NCBI GenBank assembly: GCA_023251805.1
Contig: JAHEYB010000008.1
Coordinates: 2,633-66,632, forward strand
Source: Bacteroidota bacterium
GTDB taxonomy: Bacteria > Bacteroidota > Bacteroidia > 2-12-FULL-35-15
Reading direction: 5' to 3'
Length of the DNA: 64,000 nt
How positions within the stretch are numbered: the stretch's first letter is position 1; the number at the start of each line of letters is the position of its first letter. The translations under genes were made by a program, and so were the position numbers. Positions 9,686 through 20,064 of the stretch are shown here, in pieces. Below the pieces are notes generated by a model that searched no databases, was not told the origin of the DNA, and saw nothing but the letters and a program-made list of their open reading frames with translations.

Positions 9686-11749
9686 ATGACTATGAAAAAA
9701 TTATTATATCTACTTTCAATCATTGTTTCCACTTCTGCTTTTGCTCAGAATGTTGAATTCACGAAGGAAAATTTCAAAGACAATAAAGACGGCTTAAAAG
9801 AAGCTAAAAACAATATAGAAAAAGGGGATGAATACTTTGCTCAAGCAACTGTGTTTTATAAACAAGCTTTAGACCCTTATTATTTAGCTGCACAAAAATT
9901 TAATCCAAATAATGCTTTGTTGAATTATAAAATTGGAAAATGTTACCTATATTCTAATTATAAATTAAAATCCATTCCGTATTTAGAAAAATCTATTCAG
10001 TTAAATCCTGCTGTTGATCCACAAGTTCATTATTTACTTGGAAAAGCTTATCATCTAAACATGGACTGGGACAAAGCCATTAAAGAATTCCAAACCTTCC
10101 AGCAAACATTAAAAGGTGAAGAATTAGCTTTAGTGATGGGCGATGTAAATGTTCATATTAGTCAGTGTTTAACCGGGAAAGAAATGGTTAAAAATCCCAT
10201 TCGAGTTTTTATTGATAACGTTGGTGGAGATGTAAATTCTCAATTCCCCGATTATGGTCCTGTAATTTCTGCTGACGAATCGGTGATGTTGTTTACTTCC
10301 AGAAGGACAGGTAGTACAGGAGAAAAAATTGACCCGGAAATCAATGAATTTTATGAAGATATTTATATGTCGACTCGTGTAAACGGCAAATGGACAAAAG
10401 CAATAAATATGGGCTCTCCCATTAATACTGATAATCACGATGCGAACTCAGGACTTTCTGCTGACGGACAGAAATTTTTAATTTATATCGGAAACAACAA
10501 TGGTGATTTATATGAATCGGAATTAAAAGGAGATAAGTGGAGCAAACCTGACCATATGAATAAAAATATTAATACTTCCTATCACGAGTCCTCTGCTTGT
10601 TATACACCAGATGGCAAATCAGTTTATTTTGTATCCGATAAACCTGAAGGAGGCTTGGGTGACAGAGACATTTATATTTCTACAAAAGATGAAAAAGGGA
10701 AATGGGGAAAAGCAATAAATCTTGGACCTACTATCAATACACAATATGGAGAAGAAGGTGTTTTCCTTCATCCTGATGGCAAAACGCTTTACTTTAGCTC
10801 GCAAGGACACAAAAGTATGGGTGGTTATGACATTTTTAAAACTGTTTACAACAGTGAAACTAAAACCTGGGCCGAACCCGAAAATCTTGGTTACCCTGTA
10901 AATACTCCTGATGATGACGTGTTTTTTGTAATTTCAGCGAGTGGTAAACATGGATACTATGCATCTTTCAATGCAAATGGCTATGGTGAAAAAGATATTT
11001 ATGTAATTACTTTTCTTGGCTTAGAAAAACCAATGGTAATGAATAACGAAGATAATTTATTAGCGAGCCAGGCTGCACCTGTAAAAGAAACTGTTATTGC
11101 TCCTGTATTAGCAATTAAAGAAGCACAGTTAACAATCTTAAAAGGAGTAATCACGGATGAGCTAACAAAACAACCTTTGGAAGCTACTATTGAAATTGTA
11201 GATAATTTAAAAAATCAAGTTATTGCAAGTTTCACTTCTAATAGTGCAACAGGAAAATATTTGGTATCATTACCTGCAGGAAGAAATTACGGTATTGCTG
11301 TTAAGAAAGAAAATTATTTATTTCACTCAGAGAACTTTGATATCCCAAACACTGCCGCTTATCAAGAAGTTGTAAAAGATGTTGCTTTGAAAAATATTGC
11401 AGTAGGAAGCAAAATTATTTTGAAAAATATTTTCTTTGATTTTGATAAAGCAACTCTACGTCCTGAATCAACCAATGAGTTAGAACGTTTAACAAAATTA
11501 TTAAATGACGTTCCAACCTTAAAAATTGAAATCTCCGGTCACACCGATTCCAAAGGGGCAGATGAATACAACAAAACGTTGTCTAACAATCGTGCGAAAG
11601 CCGTATTGGATTATTTAGTGAAAGCAGGAATTTCTGCGGGACGATTAACTTCTGTTGGATTTGGTGAAGAACAACCAATTGCAACAAATGATACAGACGA
11701 AGGCCGACAATTGAACAGAAGAACAGAATTTAAGATTTTGAGTAAATAA
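9686..11749 (+). CDS. OmpA family protein with N-terminal TPR, TolB-like (PD40) repeats and C-terminal OmpA peptidoglycan-binding domain
   Basis: 687 aa with signal peptide. Repeated G....[YF][FL].S....G..DI[YF] PD40-like units. The C-terminal NIFFDFDKATLRPES...LS..RA.AV..YL...GI...R is a canonical OmpA_C. Confidence 0.85.
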   Translation: MTMKKLLYLLSIIVSTSAFAQNVEFTKENFKDNKDGLKEAKNNIEKGDEYFAQATVFYKQALDPYYLAAQKFNPNNALLNYKIGKCYLYSNYKLKSIPYLEKSIQLNPAVDPQVHYLLGKAYHLNMDWDKAIKEFQTFQQTLKGEELALVMGDVNVHISQCLTGKEMVKNPIRVFIDNVGGDVNSQFPDYGPVISADESVMLFTSRRTGSTGEKIDPEINEFYEDIYMSTRVNGKWTKAINMGSPINTDNHDANSGLSADGQKFLIYIGNNNGDLYESELKGDKWSKPDHMNKNINTSYHESSACYTPDGKSVYFVSDKPEGGLGDRDIYISTKDEKGKWGKAINLGPTINTQYGEEGVFLHPDGKTLYFSSQGHKSMGGYDIFKTVYNSETKTWAEPENLGYPVNTPDDDVFFVISASGKHGYYASFNANGYGEKDIYVITFLGLEKPMVMNNEDNLLASQAAPVKETVIAPVLAIKEAQLTILKGVITDELTKQPLEATIEIVDNLKNQVIASFTSNSATGKYLVSLPAGRNYGIAVKKENYLFHSENFDIPNTAAYQEVVKDVALKNIAVGSKIILKNIFFDFDKATLRPESTNELERLTKLLNDVPTLKIEISGHTDSKGADEYNKTLSNNRAKAVLDYLVKAGISAGRLTSVGFGEEQPIATNDTDEGRQLNRRTEFKILSK

Positions 11750-11762
11750 AAAATCTCTAAAA

Positions 11763-11799
11763 AAGAACGCAAAGAAATTTTCTTTGCGTTCTTTTTTTT
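11763..11799 (+). terminator. Rho-independent terminator after the OmpA-family gene
   Basis: aagaacgcaaagaaa / tttctttgcgttctt perfect stem, followed by a T run. Confidence 0.8.
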
Positions 11800-11806
11800 A
11801 TCCAAT

Positions 11807-12505
11807 ATGAATCTTCAATTAATAACAACTGCTGATGGCTCCCACTCTATTTATGTAAAAGAGTTAGATGAACATTACCATTCCATTCACGGAGCCATAC
11901 AAGAAGCACTTCACGTTTTTATTAATACCGGATTAAAATATTTACACTTAAAAAAATATGCTCGGATAAACATTTTGGAAGTTGGTTTTGGAACAGGATT
12001 GAATACACTTCTTACGTTTATTGAAGCTGAAAAATTAAACATTCATGTTAATTATACTTCATTGGAGGCATTTCCTTTGGAAAAAAACATGCTTGACTCA
12101 TTGAATTATGTGGAATTGATTTCCGGTTTATACAAGGAAGACCAAGCGTTTATTAGAAGCAAATACAAACAAGTGCATACTTGCGAATGGGAAAAGCAAA
12201 TAAAATTATCAGACTATTTTACGCTACATAAAATAAAAAACACTTTGCAAGAAGTTAAATTTGAGTCTACTTTCGATTTAATCTTTTTTGATGCATTTGG
12301 ACCACGTGTGCAACCCGAAATGTGGAGCGAAGAGCTGTTCTCAAAAATATATGAATCAACTAATTCAAATGGCTGTTTGGTAACTTATTGTGCAAAAGGA
12401 GAAGTAAAGCGAAGCTTAAAAAAAGTAGGATTTCTTGTTGAAACTTTACCCGGGCCACCTCGCAAACGTGAAATGGTGAGGGGAACAAAAGATAAATCCC
12501 CCTAG
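11807..12505 (+). CDS. mnmD: tRNA (mnm5s2U34)-methyltransferase MnmD-like SAM-dependent methyltransferase
   Basis: 232 aa. ILEVGFGTGLN SAM motif and FFDAFGPRVQPEMWS, typical of the MnmC C-terminal / MnmD (DUF752) family. Confidence 0.65.
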   Translation: MNLQLITTADGSHSIYVKELDEHYHSIHGAIQEALHVFINTGLKYLHLKKYARINILEVGFGTGLNTLLTFIEAEKLNIHVNYTSLEAFPLEKNMLDSLNYVELISGLYKEDQAFIRSKYKQVHTCEWEKQIKLSDYFTLHKIKNTLQEVKFESTFDLIFFDAFGPRVQPEMWSEELFSKIYESTNSNGCLVTYCAKGEVKRSLKKVGFLVETLPGPPRKREMVRGTKDKSP

Positions 12506-12583
12506 CCCCCTTTTTAAGGGGGAATTATCCTAACTATATTTACAACAATAAACAAAACAAGTCTCTTCTATCCTATAATTATC

Positions 12584-13030
12584 ATGCAGATAAAAAAATT
12601 CAACATTCGTGTTTACGGAATATTAATCAATGAGAAAAAACAAGTTCTTGTTTCGGATGAACTTATCAAAGGACACAGAATTACAAAATTCCCCGGAGGA
12701 GGATTGGAATTTGGTGAAGGAACCATTGAATGCATAAAGAGAGAATTCATTGAAGAAACAAGTAATGAAATAGAAATAGTCGAACATTTTTACACCACCG
12801 ATTATTTTCAATTATCCGCCTACAATTCGGAACATCAAATTATCAGCATTTATTATTTGGTAAAGCCGGTTTCAACATTTAATATTACCAGTACAGAAAA
12901 AGTATTCGATTTTGAAGGAGGGAAGCAACACGAACAAACATTTCGGTGGATTGATTTAAAAACCATTTCTGAAAATGATTTTACATTGCCTATTGATAAA
13001 AAAGTAGGAGAAATGTTGAAGGATTTGTGA
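12584..13030 (+). CDS. NUDIX hydrolase
   Basis: Nudix box GGGLEFGEGTIECIKREFIEETS. Confidence 0.8.
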   Translation: MQIKKFNIRVYGILINEKKQVLVSDELIKGHRITKFPGGGLEFGEGTIECIKREFIEETSNEIEIVEHFYTTDYFQLSAYNSEHQIISIYYLVKPVSTFNITSTEKVFDFEGGKQHEQTFRWIDLKTISENDFTLPIDKKVGEMLKDL

Positions 13031-13046
13031 TACTAAATGAAAAACA

Positions 13047-13117
13047 CTTCGACTACGCTCAGTGTGACGCTACTTTTGTGATCTTATATTCATCCGTCAC
13101 CCTGAACATAGTCGAAG
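13047..13117. repeat. imperfect 23-bp inverted repeat (GC-rich intergenic palindrome)
   Basis: cttcgactacgctcagtgtgacg ... cgtcaccctgaacatagtcgaag. Arms are complementary apart from 3 mismatches, with a 25-nt spacer. Confidence 0.7.
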
Positions 13118-13205
13118 GGGAAGGGACAAAATGCCAAAAAGAAACCACAAAAAATCCCTCTACTTAAATTATAAAAGCAGAGGGATTTAATTGGGGATGT
13201 ATTTC

Positions 13206-13601
13206 CTAATTTAACCGTTGCGGAACGATTAATTCAAATTCTGGAATAGTAACATAAAAACGAGCTTTATCAATTTTTCTCTCCATCAAGTATTTTCCGC
13301 TCATTCTTCCCATATCTGTAGTTAAACTGCAAGCCGATTCGTATTCAAATACTTCTCCCGGCTCCAAAACTGGCTGCTCCCCAACAACTCCTTCCCCATC
13401 CACTTCACTGTGTTCGCTACTGGAATCATAAATGTCCCAATGGCGAGAAATCAACTGCACAGTATATTCGCTCTTGTTTTCGATGGTTATTTGATAAGAA
13501 AATAAAAAATGGCGGTGCTCAGCAACTGAATGCTCGCTTTGAAACTTAGTTTCAACACTAATTTTTATTCCGTGTGTTACCTGAGTAGACTGATTTCCCA
13601 T
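13206..13601 (-). CDS. apaG: ApaG protein
   Basis: 131 aa. F.Y.I.I.N....VQL.SRHW.I ... GEGVVGEQP.L.PGE.F.Y.S is the ApaG/DUF525 signature. Confidence 0.85.
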   Translation of the reverse strand: MGNQSTQVTHGIKISVETKFQSEHSVAEHRHFLFSYQITIENKSEYTVQLISRHWDIYDSSSEHSEVDGEGVVGEQPVLEPGEVFEYESACSLTTDMGRMSGKYLMERKIDKARFYVTIPEFELIVPQRLN

Positions 13602-13840
13602 AACATATAGTTTAAAATGCTTGGTTTATTGCGACAATATTAAACAATTCTTTTATGCTCAAACAAGTATTGCGCCAAAAGGTTTTCAACATTAACTATG
13701 CAATAACATTCTGACATAAAGACGCTTTTGAAGATGGAAGGTTGCTTGGGTATGTCTTTAAATATGAACAATTGCCTGTGAAGAATATAAAAAAGCGGTT
13801 AGTAGGAATTTTTCTGAGGTGAAACAAAAACCCGGACAAC

Positions 13841-15211
13841 CTAATTCTGTTTCATCGAATTTGTACGTTTTACACCTATTAATTGGTCGTAAAAAGTGCC
13901 GGGCTGACGGTGGTAAACCAAGATGGAATAGTCATTTTCTGTATCATAATGCATTCCCTCAATAATAGTTTCATCTGCCGCAACTTCCCCATCTTTCAAA
14001 AACACATACTCATAATTATAATATCCTTGTTTTAAGTATAACGTGCATTCATATCCAAATCGTTTGGGATTATAATGCAATAGATTTTCTGTTGTACATT
14101 TCCAAGCATTGAACGCACCAAATACATACAAATTTCCGTCCGTCATAGCAGCATCATAAGGTAGAAAAAAACTGACATAACAATAATCTGCCTCTACTTC
14201 ACTATTATTCCCCTCCTGCACTTTTATTAAAAAATCACCATTCATATCCGCCTGAGAATAATAACGTTTATAAGTTCTTTTTTCATCTGTGTATAATTCA
14301 ACATGGTTTCCCAAACTATCAGTAGTAACCTTATAAATTCGTTCGGAATGATAACGGATACTTTTTATATCAAAAAACCTAAATTCATTTCCACCGTCAA
14401 AAACATTTTGTTCGTCATAATCATAAACCAACTCATTGTCTTTCATAAAAACCGGCTTTAAATCAGTTTTTGCATTATCCCAACGTCCATTCTGCATTAA
14501 AATAATTTTTAAATCGCTATATGGATTATTTATTTGATACCCTGAGTAATTAATCTTAAAATCTATCTCGTGTTTAAACGATCTATCTTCTATAATGCTT
14601 GCAGCTGAAACAGTTGATTCTATTATTATTTTATTTTGGAAAACTAAAAATCTTCTGGTAATAATTATGTTTTCAGGGTTGTTATCCTGATACACCTTTA
14701 ATATATAATTTCCTGATTTAGTTATCCTCATTGAACTGCTTGGGAATGTAGCAGAATAATGAGTAAATTTTTGAAGTGTATTAAATGAATAACGATAATC
14801 ATTTACATTGTTATCCAAAAAGCCATCTATGTATTCGTTGGGCATTAAATCGGAGGGCTGCCAATTTGCATTGCAATGAATAATGGTGAAGGAATAATTT
14901 TTAAAATCGGCATCCAAATCATCAAAACTTAATTTTAATTTTTCCTGAGAATCTAAACTTAAAATTGCCTTAGTGAGTTCAAAGCTTTCATCCCTTAACT
15001 GAACTGTTTTAATATTTTTTTTGTAAACATAATCTTCATAACGAATAGAATTATCACCATAATAGTCATCTGCAGTAGTATCGGAGCCAGATCGAGTATT
15101 TAAAGATTTCCACAAGCTATTTTTTTTTGCTTTTTGTGCATAAGAAATAGAACCACTTGTAATTAAAAATAATAAAGGAAAAAAAACAGAAAGAAAATAC
15201 CTCTTACTCAT
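13841..15211 (-). CDS. DUF5103 / type IX secretion plug-like domain protein
   Basis: 456 aa with signal peptide. YSFTIIHCNANWQPSDL resembles the conserved DUF5103 core as I remember it. The family call is from memory. Confidence 0.5.
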   Translation of the reverse strand: MSKRYFLSVFFPLLFLITSGSISYAQKAKKNSLWKSLNTRSGSDTTADDYYGDNSIRYEDYVYKKNIKTVQLRDESFELTKAILSLDSQEKLKLSFDDLDADFKNYSFTIIHCNANWQPSDLMPNEYIDGFLDNNVNDYRYSFNTLQKFTHYSATFPSSSMRITKSGNYILKVYQDNNPENIIITRRFLVFQNKIIIESTVSAASIIEDRSFKHEIDFKINYSGYQINNPYSDLKIILMQNGRWDNAKTDLKPVFMKDNELVYDYDEQNVFDGGNEFRFFDIKSIRYHSERIYKVTTDSLGNHVELYTDEKRTYKRYYSQADMNGDFLIKVQEGNNSEVEADYCYVSFFLPYDAAMTDGNLYVFGAFNAWKCTTENLLHYNPKRFGYECTLYLKQGYYNYEYVFLKDGEVAADETIIEGMHYDTENDYSILVYHRQPGTFYDQLIGVKRTNSMKQN

Positions 15212-15929
15212 TCGGATGATTATTATTCATAAGTGTAACCTTTCCATAGCAAATACTATTCCCTAAATACCAAATATTATTGGTAGCAATATCATTGTTA
15301 ATTTTAATATTGGAATAATGTATATCATTTTCATTTATTGGTATCGCTTGTGCTCCCCCTCTAAGGCCAAAAAACAAACAAACAGGAAACAATATAATTT
15401 GTGCAATTTTTATTTTTTTATTTTCGAATGGCAACGAAAAGCTTGTGATATTTCTTCGGTAAGAACGAATTCCGATGTAAGCAAAGAATGCTGAAGAGCC
15501 TAACAAGAGTAATAATGACCATATCGACAAAAAAGTAACAGCTTCTTTGGGATAAACTAAATAAGTTAAATCCTCTGTATTTAATAACGAACCATATTCA
15601 CCATATATTTTAATATTGAAAATGCTCAAAACTGACACTATTGAAATAAGTATAATATTGTATCCTAAATTGATTTGATGCAATAACTTATTTTTATAAA
15701 ATTGCTGGAACGACCATAAAATATAAGGAATAATTAACATTCCGCAAATTGTAGCTAAGTCTAAACGCAAAGCGTATAAAAAACCTAAACTAGTTTCAGA
15801 ATGTTGTCCATCAGGAATTTTTGCATGGTGATAAATTATAAAAACCACTCTAAAAAGAGCAAAAAACAGGAACCAAAAAACAATAAGTCTTAAGAGATAA
15901 TGAATTTTTATTTTATTCCATTTAAACAT
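15204..15929 (-). CDS. polytopic membrane protein resembling the N-terminal transmembrane module of LTA-synthase/sulfatase family proteins (no sulfatase domain)
   Basis: 241 aa with about 5 hydrophobic helices. The N-terminus is like that of LTA synthase family proteins. The ORF stops with an 8-nt overlap onto the next gene. Confidence 0.45.
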   Translation of the reverse strand: MFKWNKIKIHYLLRLIVFWFLFFALFRVVFIIYHHAKIPDGQHSETSLGFLYALRLDLATICGMLIIPYILWSFQQFYKNKLLHQINLGYNIILISIVSVLSIFNIKIYGEYGSLLNTEDLTYLVYPKEAVTFLSIWSLLLLLGSSAFFAYIGIRSYRRNITSFSLPFENKKIKIAQIILFPVCLFFGLRGGAQAIPINENDIHYSNIKINNDIATNNIWYLGNSICYGKVTLMNNNHPNE

Positions 15930-15948
15930 TTTGTCTTTCTTAAAAATA

Positions 15949-16677
15949 TTATTCCAAGTGTAATTCTCCTTCTCCTAAATTTCCACCTTTTTGAACACTG
16001 GCGGGATTTCCGTAGCAATATACATCACCTTTGTCATCAATTCTATAAATAAGCAAACTGGTTGCTCTTATATAACAATTTCCTAAAGTGTATGATTGAA
16101 TCCAAGTATAATTTGTGTTTAATTCAGTGGCATATAAGTAGGATGCTCCTCCAATACTACAGGCATGTTCACCACAATTTCCCCGTAAGGTTAAATCACC
16201 AATTCCATATATGTGAGAAATCACTTTTGAATTGTTTACATCCAAATCAATGTTTCCTGAGCCTTCAATCCTAACATCAAATGAATCAACTGTGATAGTG
16301 TTTAGCGACTTAATATTCCCACTTCCATTCGAATGAATGTATTTTAAGCCGGGAGTTTTAATATATACATTCAATGGTTTTTTATAGCTCCTTGCCCAAT
16401 TACAACGATTTTTATTTCTAATTATTAGAATTCCATCTTCCACTACCGTCTCGATAAGAGGTTCAATATTTTCTCCTGCTTCAACCTTTACTTCAGAAAT
16501 GACATCTTCTGTAATAAACACATCCACATCTTGCTCCGTAAATATTCTATCGAAGGCAGGAACATTTCTTACTTCCGTTATAATATCTCCGGTTCTTTTA
16601 ATGCAGTCGCATCTATTTTCTTTCTTACAAGAAGAAAACAAAATAAAAACAGTTGCTATGTATCCTAAATATTTCAT
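15949..16677 (-). CDS. head GIN domain (DUF2807) lipoprotein
   Basis: Lipobox FSSC. Repeated GSGNI.L / GIGDLTL beta-solenoid-like units. Confidence 0.6.
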   Translation of the reverse strand: MKYLGYIATVFILFSSCKKENRCDCIKRTGDIITEVRNVPAFDRIFTEQDVDVFITEDVISEVKVEAGENIEPLIETVVEDGILIIRNKNRCNWARSYKKPLNVYIKTPGLKYIHSNGSGNIKSLNTITVDSFDVRIEGSGNIDLDVNNSKVISHIYGIGDLTLRGNCGEHACSIGGASYLYATELNTNYTWIQSYTLGNCYIRATSLLIYRIDDKGDVYCYGNPASVQKGGNLGEGELHLE

Positions 16678-16686
16678 TTTACAAAA

Positions 16687-17808
16687 TTAAAACTCATATC
16701 CTAATCCCCATTCAAAATAATCGGCTTTGGCCCAATGTGTATACAACGTTACGTTTGCCAGTATATGCTTAGTAACCATGTAGCGTACACCTATTCTATG
16801 AAAAAAACTTTCTTTCAGATCTCCATTTTGATAAACATAATATCCAAAATCAATAGGAATGGAAATTCTATCTACATTAAAAGAATAGCCGCCTTTTACA
16901 CCAATTTTAATAACATCATTTATTTTTTCGGTAGAAATTGAATCATTTTCCAATCGTTTGCGAGTAGCATTGCTATACACAAACTCTAATCCTGTACCAA
17001 ATTTTGTTTTGCGACTTGCCGAATAATAAACATTAGTTTGCAAAGTGTAAGCCATGTATTTATTCCCCAATGGATGTTCTAGCTCTTTAAAACCAAAAAT
17101 ACCTAAAACTGAAGGATGCCATCTTTTAGTAAGCTTTGGTAGAATAGAATCCCTTTTCATTTCTAAATTTTTGTTTCCAAACACATACCCTAAACCTACA
17201 TTTAATGTGGCCATATTTAAACCCAAATTGGGCGTTTTAATAGCTCCGTTGGACGCATGCGTTAAGCCTATTCCTGAATCAAGTCGCCACGACTTACTCA
17301 GCATATAGGATGAACTGAATCGTATGTTCACATATCCATTTAAATGAGAACCTATTGCATTGTTTCTGTGATTTGTCAACCTATCGTATGGTTTCGACAT
17401 GTTAGCAATACCAAGACCCAACCTAAGATACATTTTAAATTTCCTCTTTTGCTTGTTCAATCTTAAGTTCATATATGGATAGATTGCATCCAAATTACCA
17501 ATTTCAGCAGGATTTGCTAAATACAAATGCATATAGCTTAGACCAAACTCAGGGAAACCATGTAAAACTTGCCATGGCTGATTACCGGATGTTCTGAAAA
17601 TATAGGTTAATTCTCCGCCACCAATCTGGCCTTTAATCAAATGCACAATGCTTCCGCGGTGGCTAATAATGTAGCCGAAATGACCATCGCCAAGCACAAC
17701 AAAATCAGTTTTAGGCGAACTGGGAGGGCTTTGAGCCATTGTTTGCAAGATAAACATGCATGCAATGCTTAAAATGAGACTTGATTTATATAACCTGTGC
17801 TTTACCAT
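16687..17808 (-). CDS. acyloxyacyl hydrolase (PagL-like lipid A deacylase family) outer-membrane beta-barrel
   Basis: 373 aa with signal peptide. GLTHASNG matches the H.SNG catalytic motif. Ends in aromatic ...GYEF, typical of an OM barrel. Confidence 0.55.
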   Translation of the reverse strand: MVKHRLYKSSLILSIACMFILQTMAQSPPSSPKTDFVVLGDGHFGYIISHRGSIVHLIKGQIGGGELTYIFRTSGNQPWQVLHGFPEFGLSYMHLYLANPAEIGNLDAIYPYMNLRLNKQKRKFKMYLRLGLGIANMSKPYDRLTNHRNNAIGSHLNGYVNIRFSSSYMLSKSWRLDSGIGLTHASNGAIKTPNLGLNMATLNVGLGYVFGNKNLEMKRDSILPKLTKRWHPSVLGIFGFKELEHPLGNKYMAYTLQTNVYYSASRKTKFGTGLEFVYSNATRKRLENDSISTEKINDVIKIGVKGGYSFNVDRISIPIDFGYYVYQNGDLKESFFHRIGVRYMVTKHILANVTLYTHWAKADYFEWGLGYEF

Positions 17809-17917
17809 TTTATTCCTACAAAATTATTAAAATTATTGGCAAAAAACACATTCAAATTTTATATGAATAATGCTTATTTTAGCTGATATTTAACGATTAG
17901 TAACATCCTCATAAAAA

Positions 17918-18685
17918 ATGGAAGCAAAATTAAAAGCATTTGAGCGTTTATTGGTCATTATGGACGAATTACGCGAAAAATGTCCCTGGGATAAGAAACA
18001 AACAATTGAATCATTACGGCACTTAACAATTGAGGAAACATACGAACTGGCAGATGCTATTTTAGACAATGATCTTCCAAATATCAAAAAAGAGTTAGGA
18101 GATGTTTTATTGCACATAGTTTTTTACGCCAGAATTGCTTCCGAAACAAACGACTTTGACATAGCAGATGTTATCAATTCCTTGTGTGAAAAATTAATTA
18201 GCAGGCATCCCCACATTTATGGAGACGTAAAAGTAGAAAACGAACAAGACGTAAAAGAAAATTGGGAAAAATTAAAATTGAAAGAAGGAAACAAATCTGT
18301 TTTAGGTGGTGTCCCTAATTCCTTGCCTTCATTAATAAAAGCTTCACGTATTCAGGAAAAAGCGAGAGCAGTAGGATTTGACTGGGAGAAACCTGAACAA
18401 GTTTTTGAAAAAGTTCAGGAAGAAATTGCTGAGTTTAAACATGAAGTAGATTCAAAAGCTTCTAAAGAAAAAATCGAGGGTGAATTTGGTGATGTGCTGT
18501 TTTCCCTCATCAATTATGCACGTTTTGTTGGCATTAATGCCGAAGATGCCTTGGAAAAAACCAATAAAAAATTCATCAAACGTTTTCAATATTTAGAATC
18601 GGAAGCCACTAAAATAGGAAAGCCACTGAGCGAAATGACCTTGACTGAAATGGATGTATATTGGAATAAAGCAAAAGAACTATAA
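17918..18685 (+). CDS. mazG: nucleoside triphosphate pyrophosphohydrolase MazG
   Basis: 255 aa. Tandem MazG domains (CPWDKKQT..SL...IEETYELADAI ; EE.AE...E). Confidence 0.85.
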   Translation: MEAKLKAFERLLVIMDELREKCPWDKKQTIESLRHLTIEETYELADAILDNDLPNIKKELGDVLLHIVFYARIASETNDFDIADVINSLCEKLISRHPHIYGDVKVENEQDVKENWEKLKLKEGNKSVLGGVPNSLPSLIKASRIQEKARAVGFDWEKPEQVFEKVQEEIAEFKHEVDSKASKEKIEGEFGDVLFSLINYARFVGINAEDALEKTNKKFIKRFQYLESEATKIGKPLSEMTLTEMDVYWNKAKEL

Positions 18686-18686
18686 C

Positions 18687-20021
18687 CTATTCTGTCAATA
18701 AATCTTTATTAAGATTATTTTCTTTTTCGATTAAATCGATCCTTAAAAAATTTCTCCAATAATGTTCTTTATCCATCTTTTCCCAATGAATATGATAATA
18801 TCTGTATTGATAGGTTTGTATTTGACAAACAACCATTGCCGCCACAAACATAGTAGAAATGAAATATTTGTAAATCCGTAATTTAGCGTTTTTAAACGCT
18901 AACAAAAGAAGGATTGCAAAAATAGAATAATACTCTACCATCACCCTTGTCCCAAAACTTCCGCCATACCACCAATTCCACCAAGAAGATAAAACATAAA
19001 TTAAGAGTAAAATAAAAAACACAAATGCATAAAATTTAAAACGATTATTCATAAATAAATCAAAAACACCAACCGCACAAAGCAATAAAACCGGTGCATA
19101 TACAAACAACCCTTTTTTATAACTAAATAAAAAATCGATTGGGTGTGGATTCGTCCAATTAAATGACTCACCAATATAAGTATCAACAAAAAAGTGACCG
19201 GTTTGAATTTTATAGATTAAGAATTGTATGCTAATTATTGATACAAACAAAACAAATGAAAATATTCCCAAGTAATACCTTTTAATCAGAAACAAGCAAC
19301 CTGCCTTCAATGTTTTAAAATCACCGGCAAGAAATGGAAGAAGCAACACGATAATACCATTAACCGGTCGAATAAGTATAATAAAGCCAATCAAAAAAGC
19401 TAATGCAACTACCAATTTTTTTTGAGGGTCTTCAAAATATCGAATAGAATAATATATAAAAGCAGAAATAAATGCAAAAGAATAGATATGTGACATTGAA
19501 GGCTCACGGACAACATAATAAAACAAATTTGTGGCAAAGACTGTAACGACTATAATAAAATTTACCGCAACATGATCATCGGTATACTTTAATAGAATTC
19601 TTTTAAAATAAAACAAACCTATCCACAAATAAAAAATTGCAGCAATATTTATTAATACTAAATAAATTTTTGAATATCCATCACTTTCGGCACTAAAAAA
19701 AGTTGAAATAAAATGGGCCGCTAAAAAAAATGGACTCATTGCTAGTGCAGTACCAGCAAAATATTTATTGCAAATTTTTCCATTGCAATTTGCTCTGTAA
19801 TCATAAAAAATAGCAGAATTGGGATGCTTTTTTTCAACCGAATCAAAAAAAGAAAAATTTAAATCTTTATAAATAAATATTGCCGGAAGATAGGCATAAT
19901 AACCCTTTCCATCAGCTTCTACAATATTTTTCCAATGATTACCAGTCCACTGAATGTTACTTGAAGAAAATGTAACAACTATAATAATCAAGGGAATAAC
20001 TAACCTCCTAAGCAAAGGCAT
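18687..20021 (-). CDS. polytopic membrane protein, possibly a GT-C type (ArnT/PMT-like) glycosyltransferase
   Basis: 444 aa with more than 10 hydrophobic helices. The function call is weak. Confidence 0.4.
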   Translation of the reverse strand: MPLLRRLVIPLIIIVVTFSSSNIQWTGNHWKNIVEADGKGYYAYLPAIFIYKDLNFSFFDSVEKKHPNSAIFYDYRANCNGKICNKYFAGTALAMSPFFLAAHFISTFFSAESDGYSKIYLVLINIAAIFYLWIGLFYFKRILLKYTDDHVAVNFIIVVTVFATNLFYYVVREPSMSHIYSFAFISAFIYYSIRYFEDPQKKLVVALAFLIGFIILIRPVNGIIVLLLPFLAGDFKTLKAGCLFLIKRYYLGIFSFVLFVSIISIQFLIYKIQTGHFFVDTYIGESFNWTNPHPIDFLFSYKKGLFVYAPVLLLCAVGVFDLFMNNRFKFYAFVFFILLLIYVLSSWWNWWYGGSFGTRVMVEYYSIFAILLLLAFKNAKLRIYKYFISTMFVAAMVVCQIQTYQYRYYHIHWEKMDKEHYWRNFLRIDLIEKENNLNKDLLTE

Positions 20022-20064
20022 ATCATAATATTTTAATAAATTTACAAAAACATTTAGATTAACT

